Numbered from the stretch's first letter, positions 35,197 to 43,174 are shown. The stretch: 58,291 nucleotides of DNA from an uncultured bacterium (GCA_900547945.1 URIT01000005.1:1-58291); one strand, 5' to 3'. A program made the numbers and translations. Notes: a model not told the origin generated them from the sequence alone.

Positions 35197-35751
35197 TCAC
35201 GGTTCCACTCCCGAAGCGCGCAGGATTGAGACGTCAATCTGCTTCGCGATGTTGGTGGCGGAACAAGACAGCATATCTGAACGAATCCGTACGAACACAT
35301 TGTTCCGTGTAAATACGACGGAATCACCGTCTCCTGGATACTGATAGTAGAACAACACGTCTCCGATGTCGTTGGTGACCTGTGGGAATATCCGTGTTGT
35401 CGTCATGTTGGAGAACTTTTCAATGACGGCCTCATGCGCGCCCTCTACACTTCCACAGATTTCCGAGTCGACATAGATTAACTCATCGCCATTTCGGACA
35501 ATAAAGAAGCCCCTTCCGGTTTCAAATGCCTCGTTCTCCACCACGGCATTAATCCCATTGGTCGGCAACGACAAGTCTGGAAGGTACCAGTCCTGTACAA
35601 GCCGGGGATAGGCCATGCGTGTGTGTCCGCACCAGTTGGAATATGAATATTTCTGCATGGTACGTACACGACGGGGATCAATCTTACCCGGCAGATCCAA
35701 CGAAGTGGAAAGCAACGTCAACATTATAACGACTGTAGGAAATGTCTTCAT
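35197..35751 (-). CDS. Secreted hypothetical protein, paralog 2 (184 aa)
   Basis: Signal-like N-terminus MKTFPTVVIMLTLLSTS. About three-quarters identical by eye to the 36498..37070 product (SNWCG.TRM.YPRLVQDWYLPDL.LPTNGINAVVENEAFETGRGFFIVRNGDEL...). The start overlaps the upstream stop (ATGA). Low GC. Confidence 0.75.
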   Translation of the reverse strand: MKTFPTVVIMLTLLSTSLDLPGKIDPRRVRTMQKYSYSNWCGHTRMAYPRLVQDWYLPDLSLPTNGINAVVENEAFETGRGFFIVRNGDELIYVDSEICGSVEGAHEAVIEKFSNMTTTRIFPQVTNDIGDVLFYYQYPGDGDSVVFTRNNVFVRIRSDMLSCSATNIAKQIDVSILRASGVEP

Positions 35752-36485
35752 CTCACTTTTCTCCTAACTTTTGTTTCGGGGTTTGGAATGCATCTATCAT
35801 ATCCATACACAACTGGTGCAGCCAAACTCTCCCGATAGGCATAGGGAGAATCTGAACTTCCATCGTCGAAAAGCATGCCGAGGGGAAGTAGTTCCCTACG
35901 GGGAGGCGAAGAGGGATCTCCATCCCCATCCACGGAAAGGCAGGCATCGTAGATCAAATCGCCTTCCATACATTCCCCCGTCCACGCCACTTCGTGATAA
36001 CCGAATGCCCAACCCCAACGTGGCGGTGTCCAAGGGCTACACCCTATCGCAGAGTAAGGATTCGTTAAGAAGCCCTCATCTCCCATTATGGATGAGTATA
36101 GCTCGCATCCTAGAAGGTTCGAAAAGGAGACGACAAACGACGCACAGTCGGTACAATTGACGTACACTCCTTTCCCATAACGGCCTTTCAGTCTTCCTAG
36201 GAAGTGCGTTAGAAGTACAGTGTCGTTCTCAGTATACTTTGACTCCCCCTCCTTGACCTCATACCTAAACCTCTTCGACTCGTAGATGGCGCGGGTGATC
36301 CTCGATGCCGCCTCGTGCTGCGTCTCGGCCTTCCTCGCCCCACGGGAGGGACGCGCTCCGTCGCGTCCGCCCCCCTGCGCGTCCACCCAGGCCGCAACAA
36401 GTTGCGGCCCTCCCGCTGCACCGTCTCTGAACATCCCGCGCCGCCCCGGCGCGTGGCGTCCGAACGGAGGCGTTCCCGTCCACAC
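35748..36485 (-). CDS. Transglutaminase-/papain-like Cys-His-Asp domain ORF with no credible start (possible 5'-truncated gene)
   Basis: Spacing is typical of the transglutaminase core: VNCTDCASFVVSF (Cys), about 57 aa, FGYHEVAW (His), about 17 aa, IYDACL (Asp). The first 45 or so codons, including the GTG and ATG, lie inside REP-like copy B. There is no ATG/GTG/TTG between the repeat and the Cys motif except a GTG at GVYV. Confidence 0.5.
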   Translation of the reverse strand: MWTGTPPFGRHAPGRRGMFRDGAAGGPQLVAAWVDAQGGGRDGARPSRGARKAETQHEAASRITRAIYESKRFRYEVKEGESKYTENDTVLLTHFLGRLKGRYGKGVYVNCTDCASFVVSFSNLLGCELYSSIMGDEGFLTNPYSAIGCSPWTPPRWGWAFGYHEVAWTGECMEGDLIYDACLSVDGDGDPSSPPRRELLPLGMLFDDGSSDSPYAYRESLAAPVVYGYDRCIPNPETKVRRKVR

Positions 36486-36497
36486 GACCCCCCTTCG
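36344..36497. repeat. REP-like element copy B
   Basis: Hairpins GGACGCG-CTCCGT-CGCGTCC (36349-36368) and GGCCGCAAC-AA-GTTGCGGCC (36390-36409). The 3' block is shared with copy A. Confidence 0.8.
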
Positions 36498-37070
36498 TCA
36501 CGGTTTCACTCCCGACGCGCGTAGGATGGAGGCATCAACCTGCTTTGCGATATTGGTGGCGGAACAGGATTCAATTCTGGAATCAATCCATACAAAGACA
36601 TTGTTTCGCGTAAAAACAGCAAAGTCAAGACCACTGTTAAACCTATAATGGAAAAGGACATCTCCGATGTCGTTTGTGACCTGTGGGAATATCCGTGTCG
36701 TCGTCATGTTGGAGAACCTTTCAATAACTGACGCATGAGCGTCCTCTACACTGCCGCAGATTTTCGAGTCAATATAGAATAACTCGTCACCATTTCGGAC
36801 AATGAAGAAACCCCTTCCGGTTTCAAATGCCTCGTTCTCCACCACGGCATTAATCCCATTGGTCGGCAACGCCAAGTCTGGAAGGTACCAGTCCTGTACA
36901 AGCCGGGGATAGGTCATGCGCGTGCGTCCACACCAGTTGCTATACGCATACCTCAATACAGTGTCTTCATCAAGGTCAAAAGACGCTTCATCCGCAGACA
37001 GGTCAACTGAAGCGGCATGACCCATCAACGAAACGACCACCACGGATAATACCTTTACCTTGAATTTCAC
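36498..37070 (-). CDS. Secreted hypothetical protein, paralog 1 (190 aa)
   Basis: GTG start, signal-like MKFKVKVLSVVVVSLMGHAAS. Paralog of 35197..35751. Low GC. Confidence 0.75.
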   Translation of the reverse strand: MKFKVKVLSVVVVSLMGHAASVDLSADEASFDLDEDTVLRYAYSNWCGRTRMTYPRLVQDWYLPDLALPTNGINAVVENEAFETGRGFFIVRNGDELFYIDSKICGSVEDAHASVIERFSNMTTTRIFPQVTNDIGDVLFHYRFNSGLDFAVFTRNNVFVWIDSRIESCSATNIAKQVDASILRASGVKP

Positions 37071-37112
37071 TTCACTTCCCTTCTCTTGCGTTTCTCAGGT
37101 TTTGGGCGACAC

Positions 37113-37862
37113 CTATCGTATCCTAACGGGAACGGGTCCGGTACAGCCAGTCCGTGCCCCTGCGCGTCCACCCAGTCCGCAACACGTTGCGGCCCTCCCG
37201 CTACATCCCACGCCGCCACGGTCCTTTACGGGATGGCGACGGCGAAGGGCGAGGACGGCCGTCCCCAAAAGCAGAAGAAGTCCGCCGGACGGTTCGGGGA
37301 CAGCCCCGGCAATGACCGACTCGCCGTTGAGGCCAATGCCCGAGCCGAGTAGCGTCATCCTCAGATCGTCGTCAACCGAGACATGGGCCCAGCCATACCA
37401 CGACTGCCCATCCTCGACACCATACTCCGAGGCCTCGAAGGCAAGATAGAAGTCCCGCCGATCCGCAATGGGGGTGCCCCCCGAAGCCTCCCCGTATGAA
37501 TAAATGGGGGCTATCTGCGTAGCCGCACGAATCGTCTCCGCATTCAACACGTCTCCACAAAAGGCCAGAACCCAGACGTTTTCCACCGGCGCCACCACAC
37601 CAATTCCACCTTCCCCTGTCCTTGTATAATCAAGAGACTTCAAGAAGTAGGAACCCTCAACGACATAACCTTCCATCGTTGCATTGATCGTTGCGTATGC
37701 GCCGTCCCCAGAATACACTGTTCCCTGAATCGAATATCCGGCAACTTGAGACGAGTCGCCACTATACCCGCCATTCCCAACTATAAGTCCTGTCCAGTAG
37801 GCCGAAGCCGCAGAAACGGTATAGGAGCCCAAAGCAAATGCACATACAACGAGGAATCGCAT
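37113..37862 (-). CDS. PEP-CTERM sorting-domain protein
   Basis: ORF 37113..37865 starts at a GTG. I prefer the ATG at 37862, with AGGAGG 6 nt upstream. Signal MRFLVVCAFALGSYTVSA. C-terminal VPEPSGGLLLLLGTAVLALRRRH, then about 40 extra codons that run through REP-like copy C. Confidence 0.8.
   Translation of the reverse strand: MRFLVVCAFALGSYTVSAASAYWTGLIVGNGGYSGDSSQVAGYSIQGTVYSGDGAYATINATMEGYVVEGSYFLKSLDYTRTGEGGIGVVAPVENVWVLAFCGDVLNAETIRAATQIAPIYSYGEASGGTPIADRRDFYLAFEASEYGVEDGQSWYGWAHVSVDDDLRMTLLGSGIGLNGESVIAGAVPEPSGGLLLLLGTAVLALRRRHPVKDRGGVGCSGRAATCCGLGGRAGARTGCTGPVPVRIR
37157..37202. repeat. REP-like element copy C (central hairpin module only)
   Basis: cccctgcgcgtccacccagTccgcaacacgttgcggccctcccgct is nearly identical to 36374-36416 of copy B. 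Confidence 0.75.
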
Positions 37863-37961
37863 CACAGCCTCCTGTCACTTCAACGCCGCTTTGAAATTCT
37901 TTCAAAAGACCGCAGATCGAAAAGATTGAGAGGATAGAGGTGGGCATTGTCTCCCTCCCAG

Positions 37962-38335
37962 TCATTGATCCGACTCTGGATCTCCTGAAGGCGAAGGGGC
38001 ACCATCGTCCACCCAGAACGCGCCGTACGTCCCGTCGCGCACCACCGCGACATGGTGCCATGTGTTGTCGGCGTAGTTCCGCGAGCCGGCACCGAGCCCG
38101 GAGGCGCCGATGCCGCTCTCGTACTGGGAGAGGCCGATCTCACCCGCGCCCCCGCCGCGTCGAGCCAGACGGCGTTCGTCGCCGGGGACGCGCCCGCCTG
38201 CGACGCGCGCAGCACGTCCCGCACGTCCTCAAGATCCGCGAGGGGGATACTTCCGCCGCACAGGACGGCTACGAATAGGACACAGAAAGCCGCATGGACG
38301 GCACGGGACGGCACAACGTTTTTCGGTTTCCTCAT
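37962..38335 (-). pseudogene. Frameshifted secreted LamG/concanavalin-like protein
   Basis: Frame 1 reads MRKPKNVVPSRAVHAAFCVLFVAVLCGG...NAVWLDAAG. At the G5 run (plus-strand C5, 38149-38153), one extra G would continue as GAGEIGLSQYESGIGASGLGAGSRNYADNTWHHVAVVRDGTYGAFWVDDGAP..., with the stop at 37962. Confidence 0.55.
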
Positions 38336-38361
38336 GCGCACAATCTCCCTTTGATGGCGTC

Positions 38362-38370
38362 ATCCTACCA
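38362..38370 (-). promoter_or_regulatory. Extended -10 TGGTAGGAT upstream of the LamG-like gene
   Basis: The minus strand reads cttaTGGTAGGATgacgccatcaaagggagattgtgcgcATG. Confidence 0.4.
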
Positions 38371-38419
38371 TAAGCGAAGAACATGCGCAAGCGGGGGAAA
38401 GGGGAATTTTACTTTCCGC

Positions 38420-38911
38420 CTACTCGTTGACGAGGCGGAGTCCGCGCACCTCGAAGGCGGCTTCGCCGTTGCGCCACGAAAAGACCTTGAAGTCGCCGGC
38501 GGACGCTTCGCGCGGCATCGTCCAGACGGCCGTAAAGGGCTTCCAGCCATTCTCAAGGGAGAGGCTCCCCGCGTTGTGGCGGCCGCACGAGCGCCCCTGG
38601 GCGTCGCGCGCCCACGCGGCCGCCTCCACGCGCCCTACGCCGCGCATCTCGCAGGAGAGGCGCACGGTAGAGCCCGGCACGAACGACGCGCGGAGCGAGA
38701 AGCCCGCCGCGCGCGTCGCCGCCGTCACCCGCAAAGCAGTCGGTCGCCGTCCGCAGGGCGAACGCCGCAAGGCACGGATCCAGATAGGGCCGCGAGCGGA
38801 AGAGGCCCATTCGCCCTCCCAGTAGGGCTTCTGCGGCACGCCGTAGCGCCGCTCGACGGCCGCGAGCGACAGCGCCAGCCCGCAGAGGGACAGGGGAAAG
38901 GCCGTTCGCAT
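38420..38911 (-). CDS. Secreted hypothetical beta-sandwich-like protein
   Basis: ORF 38420..38917 starts at a GTG; an ATG lies at 38911. Signal MRTAFPLSLCGLALSLAA. The C-terminal half reads ...SLSLENGWKPFTAVWTMP...FEVRGLRLVNE. The Arg-rich middle is suspicious. Confidence 0.45.
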   Translation of the reverse strand: MRTAFPLSLCGLALSLAAVERRYGVPQKPYWEGEWASSARGPIWIRALRRSPCGRRPTALRVTAATRAAGFSLRASFVPGSTVRLSCEMRGVGRVEAAAWARDAQGRSCGRHNAGSLSLENGWKPFTAVWTMPREASAGDFKVFSWRNGEAAFEVRGLRLVNE

Positions 38912-38933
38912 CTGCACGACGCGCCCTTCCGCC

Positions 38934-41900
38934 TTATTTCGCCGCCGCGCGCGTCTCGTAGAGCGGATAGCCCACCTCGCGCAGGGCCTTCACCGTCTCA
39001 GGGTAGGGTCGGTCACAGATGTCCGTCCAGCCGACCTGGAAGTATTCGCCGTCGAAGCGGCCCGACGTCGCCTGGTCGGAGAACTGGTGCCAGTGTACGC
39101 CCACGACCTGCGGGTTCCGCAGCGCCGACGCGACGTACGCCTTGAGCGCCGCCGCGCGCCCCTCCTGACTGCCCGCGTTGACGAGGCCCGAGCCGAAGAG
39201 GCCCCGGTCGTGCGCGCCGAAGTGGAATTCGCCGATGAGGACCGGCGCGTCCAGCTTCTCCGGCAGGCGCCAGTCCAGGATGCTGCCGGTGTAGATGTTG
39301 TAGCTCACCACGTCGCAGTACCGCGCGCAGGCCTTGACGGCCCAGGGGCGCGCCGAACCGGCGAAACGGCAGCCGAGATAGAGAAGGCCCTTGTCGTACT
39401 CCTTCACGGCGTCGCGCGTGCGCTTGAAGTACTCCTCCACGATCACGTCCGTGAACGCGCGCAGCTCCTCGGCGGGGACCTTGCCCATGTCGCCGTCCCA
39501 GACGATCCCCTTCGCCGCGAGGCGCTTCACGAACGCGACCTTCGCGGGCTGGTCGTCGGGGCTCCAGAGCGTCCAGCGCGCCAGGTCCTCGTGCTTCGCG
39601 CCCCACTGGATCTCGTTGTCGATGAAGAAGCCGATGCACCACGGATCGTGCGCCTCGCGCCCGTGCTCCGCGAGCGCGGCGAGCGTCGCCGTGCGGAAGG
39701 ACGGGTCGAACGGGTCGCGGAACTTGGCCCACGTGCCCCAGCTGCCGGCGATCGGCCGCGAGGCCACCTCCACGCGCTCGGCGTAGGGCGTGCGGTCCTG
39801 CAGGCAGATCTTGAGATCGCTCGAATTCGCGATCGTGTTGCAGCCCCAGCTGCGCAGACGGCGGTGGCACGAGTCGGCGAACTTCTCGAACCACGCCGCG
39901 CCGTACTTGCGGTAGAGGTTCGCGGCGGAGAAGTCGAAGCGGCGCGTCTCGTCGCGCTTCAGGTAGAACGGCAGCAGGAGGGCGTCGTAGGTGTCGTAGA
40001 ACTGCGCGAGCGCCTCGCCCTTCTTCGGCAGATCCGTGAAGAGGATGTCGCGGTCGGGCATCGCGCCCCCGCACTTCGGCGTGCGGGGGTTGCCGTTGAG
40101 GGGCGTGAGGGCCGAGCTCGGCGTCACGCGCACCGCGCCCCAGCTCCAGAAGAGGTTGCCTTCTGGATCGACGAGCCACCATTTGCCGTCAATTTTCTTC
40201 GGGTAGAAACGGCCTGTCGCCGTCTGCTTCGGCCCCTTCGTCCAGCCGCCGAAGCGGTCGCGGTCGTCCGGACCGGGATGCGCGGCGAGGTCGGCCTCCT
40301 CGGCGGACACGGCGGCCTGCAGCTCCGCGTCGCTGTGGGTCTTCCCGGGCCAGTCGCGCCACTTGAACTGCCCGAACTTGTCGAAGCACGGCAGGAAGTC
40401 CTTCGTCGCCATCTTCGCCCACGGCTCGTTCGTGACGGCCATCTTGATGGGGAGCTTCTTCCCGACCCAGCCCCTCATCTCCTGGTGGGGGCGATAGAGC
40501 GCGTCGACGATTTCGGCGGGCTTCATTTCGGCCCACTCCGTGCGGCGCGGAATCTGATTGTTGGGCGCGAGCAAAATGGGCGAATCCCAAAGCGGGAGGC
40601 CCTTTACAACCGTCTGCTTGCCCGTGCGCACGATATTCGCCGCGGGGAAACGGCAGACCTTGCCCGTGAGCAGATCGACCCAGACGGCATCCCTGAACCC
40701 AAGCATGTCAAAGACCACGTCGCCGCGCTCGTACGCGAGCGTGTCGCCCGGACGCTCTCCCGAGAACCACAGCACGTAGACGGGCTGCGACTGCCGCTCG
40801 AACTTCGCAACCGTCAGCTCCTTCCCGTTCACGGTCTGCTTCGAGAGGCCGACGGGGTGAACGTCCTCGTCGAAGTAGGAGAAGACGTGCTGCATCGCGT
40901 AGAAGCTCGGGCGACGGTAGACGACCTCCTTGAGGAGATTGCAGCGCAGGAGGCCGAAGCTCTGGAGCATGAACGTGTACTGCAGGTCGACGCACGTGAA
41001 GATGCTCGACGGGATGTCGCGCGCCGCGTCGCCGATCGTGCGGCGCAGGTTCCACTTCGCCTGGGAGTACTCCGTCCACTCGACGCTGTGGATCGCGTGG
41101 GCGTATTCGAGCTGCGACGGGCAGCCCACCTCGCCCTGGAAGATGTCGAAGCGGGGCGAATAGCTCTTCACGAACGCACGCAGCGGCTCCGCGAGATTCG
41201 CGTACGATCTGTCGGGGTTGTTCTCGTAGGGGTGGTAGATGAAGAGGCTCGCGAGGTCGAGGGCGTTCTCCTTCTTCAGGCGCTCCAGCAGCACGCCGTA
41301 GTCGCTCTGGACGGGCGTCTGCCCCTTCTTCCACGTCCAGCTGATCGCCGTCACGTAGCACTTCGCGTTCGGTTGCACGGCGCGGATGGCCTTCGCGGTG
41401 CGGTAGAAGAGCTCGGCGTACTCGGGGCCCTGGTGGAAGGGCTCGTTCCAGATCTCCCATTCGTCCACCACGTCCTTGTAGCGTTCCACGCACGCCGTGC
41501 AGTAGCGCAGCCACGCCGCAAACGCCTCGGGGTTCCCCGTGACCTGCTTCACGCGCATGCCGAGGCGGAAGTCGCTGCCCCACACGGGGTTGCCGTAGGA
41601 GAGGCAGATCCAGGGCTTCACGCCCATCGCCGCCATCTCGCGCACCTGCGGGTCGAGCCAGGTGAAGTCGTAGACGCCCTTCTCCTGCTCCGTCTTCGCC
41701 CAGCCGCTGAAGAGGCGGCCGCGCTTCGCGCCGAGATAGGGCAGATAGTCCTTGTAGGCGTTCCAGTCGGCGTAGTCGCGGTCCATCGTCTCGCAGCCGA
41801 TCGACCACTTGGAGCCCTTGATGTCCGAAGCGAGGCGCGTTTCCAGCTGCCCGGCGGGCTCCAGGCCGCTCTCCAGGGCGCAGAGTTTCTTCCAGGTGAC

Positions 41901-42095
41901 GCAGGGCTTCTCCTTCTCGAAGAGCGTCTTGGGCGCCTTTTTCTGGAGATGGTCGCCCCAGGCATCCCAGCTCTTGATCTTCTTCGCGTCCTTGAACGAG
42001 ACGATCCCCGGCGCCGCCGCGCCCGCCAGAGCGGGCATCGCCGCCACGAGCGCGAGCGCGCCCACCTGCTTCATCCACTTCGTTGCCATGTGCAT
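38934..42095 (-). CDS. Secreted two-domain glycoside hydrolase (clan GH-A TIM barrel with EIWNEP, plus a C-terminal GH50/agarase-like TIM barrel)
   Basis: 1053 aa. The signal peptide is MATKWMKQVGALALVAAMPALAG if translation starts at 42089. DEWEIWNEPF. C-terminal LIGEFHFGAHDRGLF...VGVHWHQFSDQATSGRFDGEYFQVGW. Confidence 0.7.
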   Translation of the reverse strand: MHMATKWMKQVGALALVAAMPALAGAAAPGIVSFKDAKKIKSWDAWGDHLQKKAPKTLFEKEKPCVTWKKLCALESGLEPAGQLETRLASDIKGSKWSIGCETMDRDYADWNAYKDYLPYLGAKRGRLFSGWAKTEQEKGVYDFTWLDPQVREMAAMGVKPWICLSYGNPVWGSDFRLGMRVKQVTGNPEAFAAWLRYCTACVERYKDVVDEWEIWNEPFHQGPEYAELFYRTAKAIRAVQPNAKCYVTAISWTWKKGQTPVQSDYGVLLERLKKENALDLASLFIYHPYENNPDRSYANLAEPLRAFVKSYSPRFDIFQGEVGCPSQLEYAHAIHSVEWTEYSQAKWNLRRTIGDAARDIPSSIFTCVDLQYTFMLQSFGLLRCNLLKEVVYRRPSFYAMQHVFSYFDEDVHPVGLSKQTVNGKELTVAKFERQSQPVYVLWFSGERPGDTLAYERGDVVFDMLGFRDAVWVDLLTGKVCRFPAANIVRTGKQTVVKGLPLWDSPILLAPNNQIPRRTEWAEMKPAEIVDALYRPHQEMRGWVGKKLPIKMAVTNEPWAKMATKDFLPCFDKFGQFKWRDWPGKTHSDAELQAAVSAEEADLAAHPGPDDRDRFGGWTKGPKQTATGRFYPKKIDGKWWLVDPEGNLFWSWGAVRVTPSSALTPLNGNPRTPKCGGAMPDRDILFTDLPKKGEALAQFYDTYDALLLPFYLKRDETRRFDFSAANLYRKYGAAWFEKFADSCHRRLRSWGCNTIANSSDLKICLQDRTPYAERVEVASRPIAGSWGTWAKFRDPFDPSFRTATLAALAEHGREAHDPWCIGFFIDNEIQWGAKHEDLARWTLWSPDDQPAKVAFVKRLAAKGIVWDGDMGKVPAEELRAFTDVIVEEYFKRTRDAVKEYDKGLLYLGCRFAGSARPWAVKACARYCDVVSYNIYTGSILDWRLPEKLDAPVLIGEFHFGAHDRGLFGSGLVNAGSQEGRAAALKAYVASALRNPQVVGVHWHQFSDQATSGRFDGEYFQVGWTDICDRPYPETVKALREVGYPLYETRAAAK

Positions 42096-42104
42096 TCTCC
42101 CTGT

Positions 42105-43061
42105 TTACTTGATTTCCCACTGGCGGATCTCGTCCGCGACCTCGAAGAGCGTTTCGGGGTAGTCGGTGGTATAGTGGTCGAAGCCGAGCTTCCACATGGC
42201 GCGGTAGACGGCCTTGTTCGCGCCCTCGGTCCAGGTGACGCCGTTCACGGTGACGCCGTGCTTGTGCAGGAGGGCGATGGCGCGCGTGATGAACGGCGTG
42301 GAGGGGCAGAAGATGTCCGGCTTCGAAAGGTCCGTGCGCAGGTGGATCTGCACCTGGTCGATGCCGTCGAACCCGGTCGCGGCCATTTCATCGAGCTGCT
42401 TCTGGACGTACGCCTCGGCGCGGGCGGTCTCCCCGGGCGAGTTGTCCTTCGGCCAGGCCCCCAGCCACACCATCGAGCGCCCCTGCGGCGCGAGGGTGCG
42501 CCAGCGCGGGATGAGCCGCCAGTTGGAGGAGCAGTAGTAGACCTGCCCGATGACGCCGAACGTGTCCGCGAGCTTCGCGATCAGCTCCGGCGGCGCCCCC
42601 TGCTCGTCCACGTAGAGCAGGCGTTCGGGACGGCCCTTCATCGCGGCGAAGACGCTCTCCATCGTCGCGACGCGCGTGGAGGCGTATTCGGGACCGAGGT
42701 AGGAGCCCGTGTCGACGTCCTTGATCTCGTCCCAGGTGAGTTCGCGCACGTCCTTCACCGCGAACGCCGGCGTGATGCCGCGCCCGATGCGCCGGAAGTT
42801 CCCGTCGTGCATCGCGATCGCCACGCCGTCCTTCGTAAGGCGGGCGTCCGCCTCCGGCGCCATCCCGTGCCCCCAGCACCAGAGGAAGGTTTCGAGGGCA
42901 TTGTCGGGACGCGACCTCGCGCCGCCACCACGGTGGATCTGGCAGCGGAAGAGCCCCTTCTCGCGCGGAATCGGCGCCGGCTTCGCCCATTGCCCCGCCA
43001 GCGCGGGCAGCGCCGCGAGCATGAGCGCGCCGCCCCACATCCTCCACGTCATTCCTGCCAT
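42105..43061 (-). CDS. Secreted glycerophosphodiester phosphodiesterase (GDPD) family protein
   Basis: ORF 42105..43178, with the start at MAGMTWRMWGGALMLAALPALAG (43061). HRGGG...PDNALETF, EADARLTKDGVAIAMHD. Confidence 0.75.
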   Translation of the reverse strand: MAGMTWRMWGGALMLAALPALAGQWAKPAPIPREKGLFRCQIHRGGGARSRPDNALETFLWCWGHGMAPEADARLTKDGVAIAMHDGNFRRIGRGITPAFAVKDVRELTWDEIKDVDTGSYLGPEYASTRVATMESVFAAMKGRPERLLYVDEQGAPPELIAKLADTFGVIGQVYYCSSNWRLIPRWRTLAPQGRSMVWLGAWPKDNSPGETARAEAYVQKQLDEMAATGFDGIDQVQIHLRTDLSKPDIFCPSTPFITRAIALLHKHGVTVNGVTWTEGANKAVYRAMWKLGFDHYTTDYPETLFEVADEIRQWEIK

Positions 43062-43098
43062 CTCGCCACGTTCCTTTCTCTCCTTGAATGATGCGCCT

Positions 43099-43107
43099 AG
43101 TATAGCA
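43099..43107 (-). promoter_or_regulatory. Extended -10 TGCTATACT upstream of the GDPD gene (about 37-nt leader with an AAGGAGAG SD)
   Basis: The minus strand reads catttGCTATACTaggcgc...caaggagagaaagg...ATG. Confidence 0.5.
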
Positions 43108-43174
43108 AATGCGGGCCTAGAGGGGGGCACGCCCGGTCTGGCAGACTCGGTGCCTGCCCCGCCGCGTCCGCGCC

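Noticed and set aside
34610-35200. ORFs 34610..35200, 34804..35193 and 36209..36501 that begin in the REP-like elements (WTGTPPFGR..., GRDGARPSR...), possibly a conserved N-terminal leader shared by island genes.
   Set aside because: The shared nucleotide block is read in different frames in different copies and carries stem-loop symmetry. That indicates a noncoding repeat rather than a conserved peptide.
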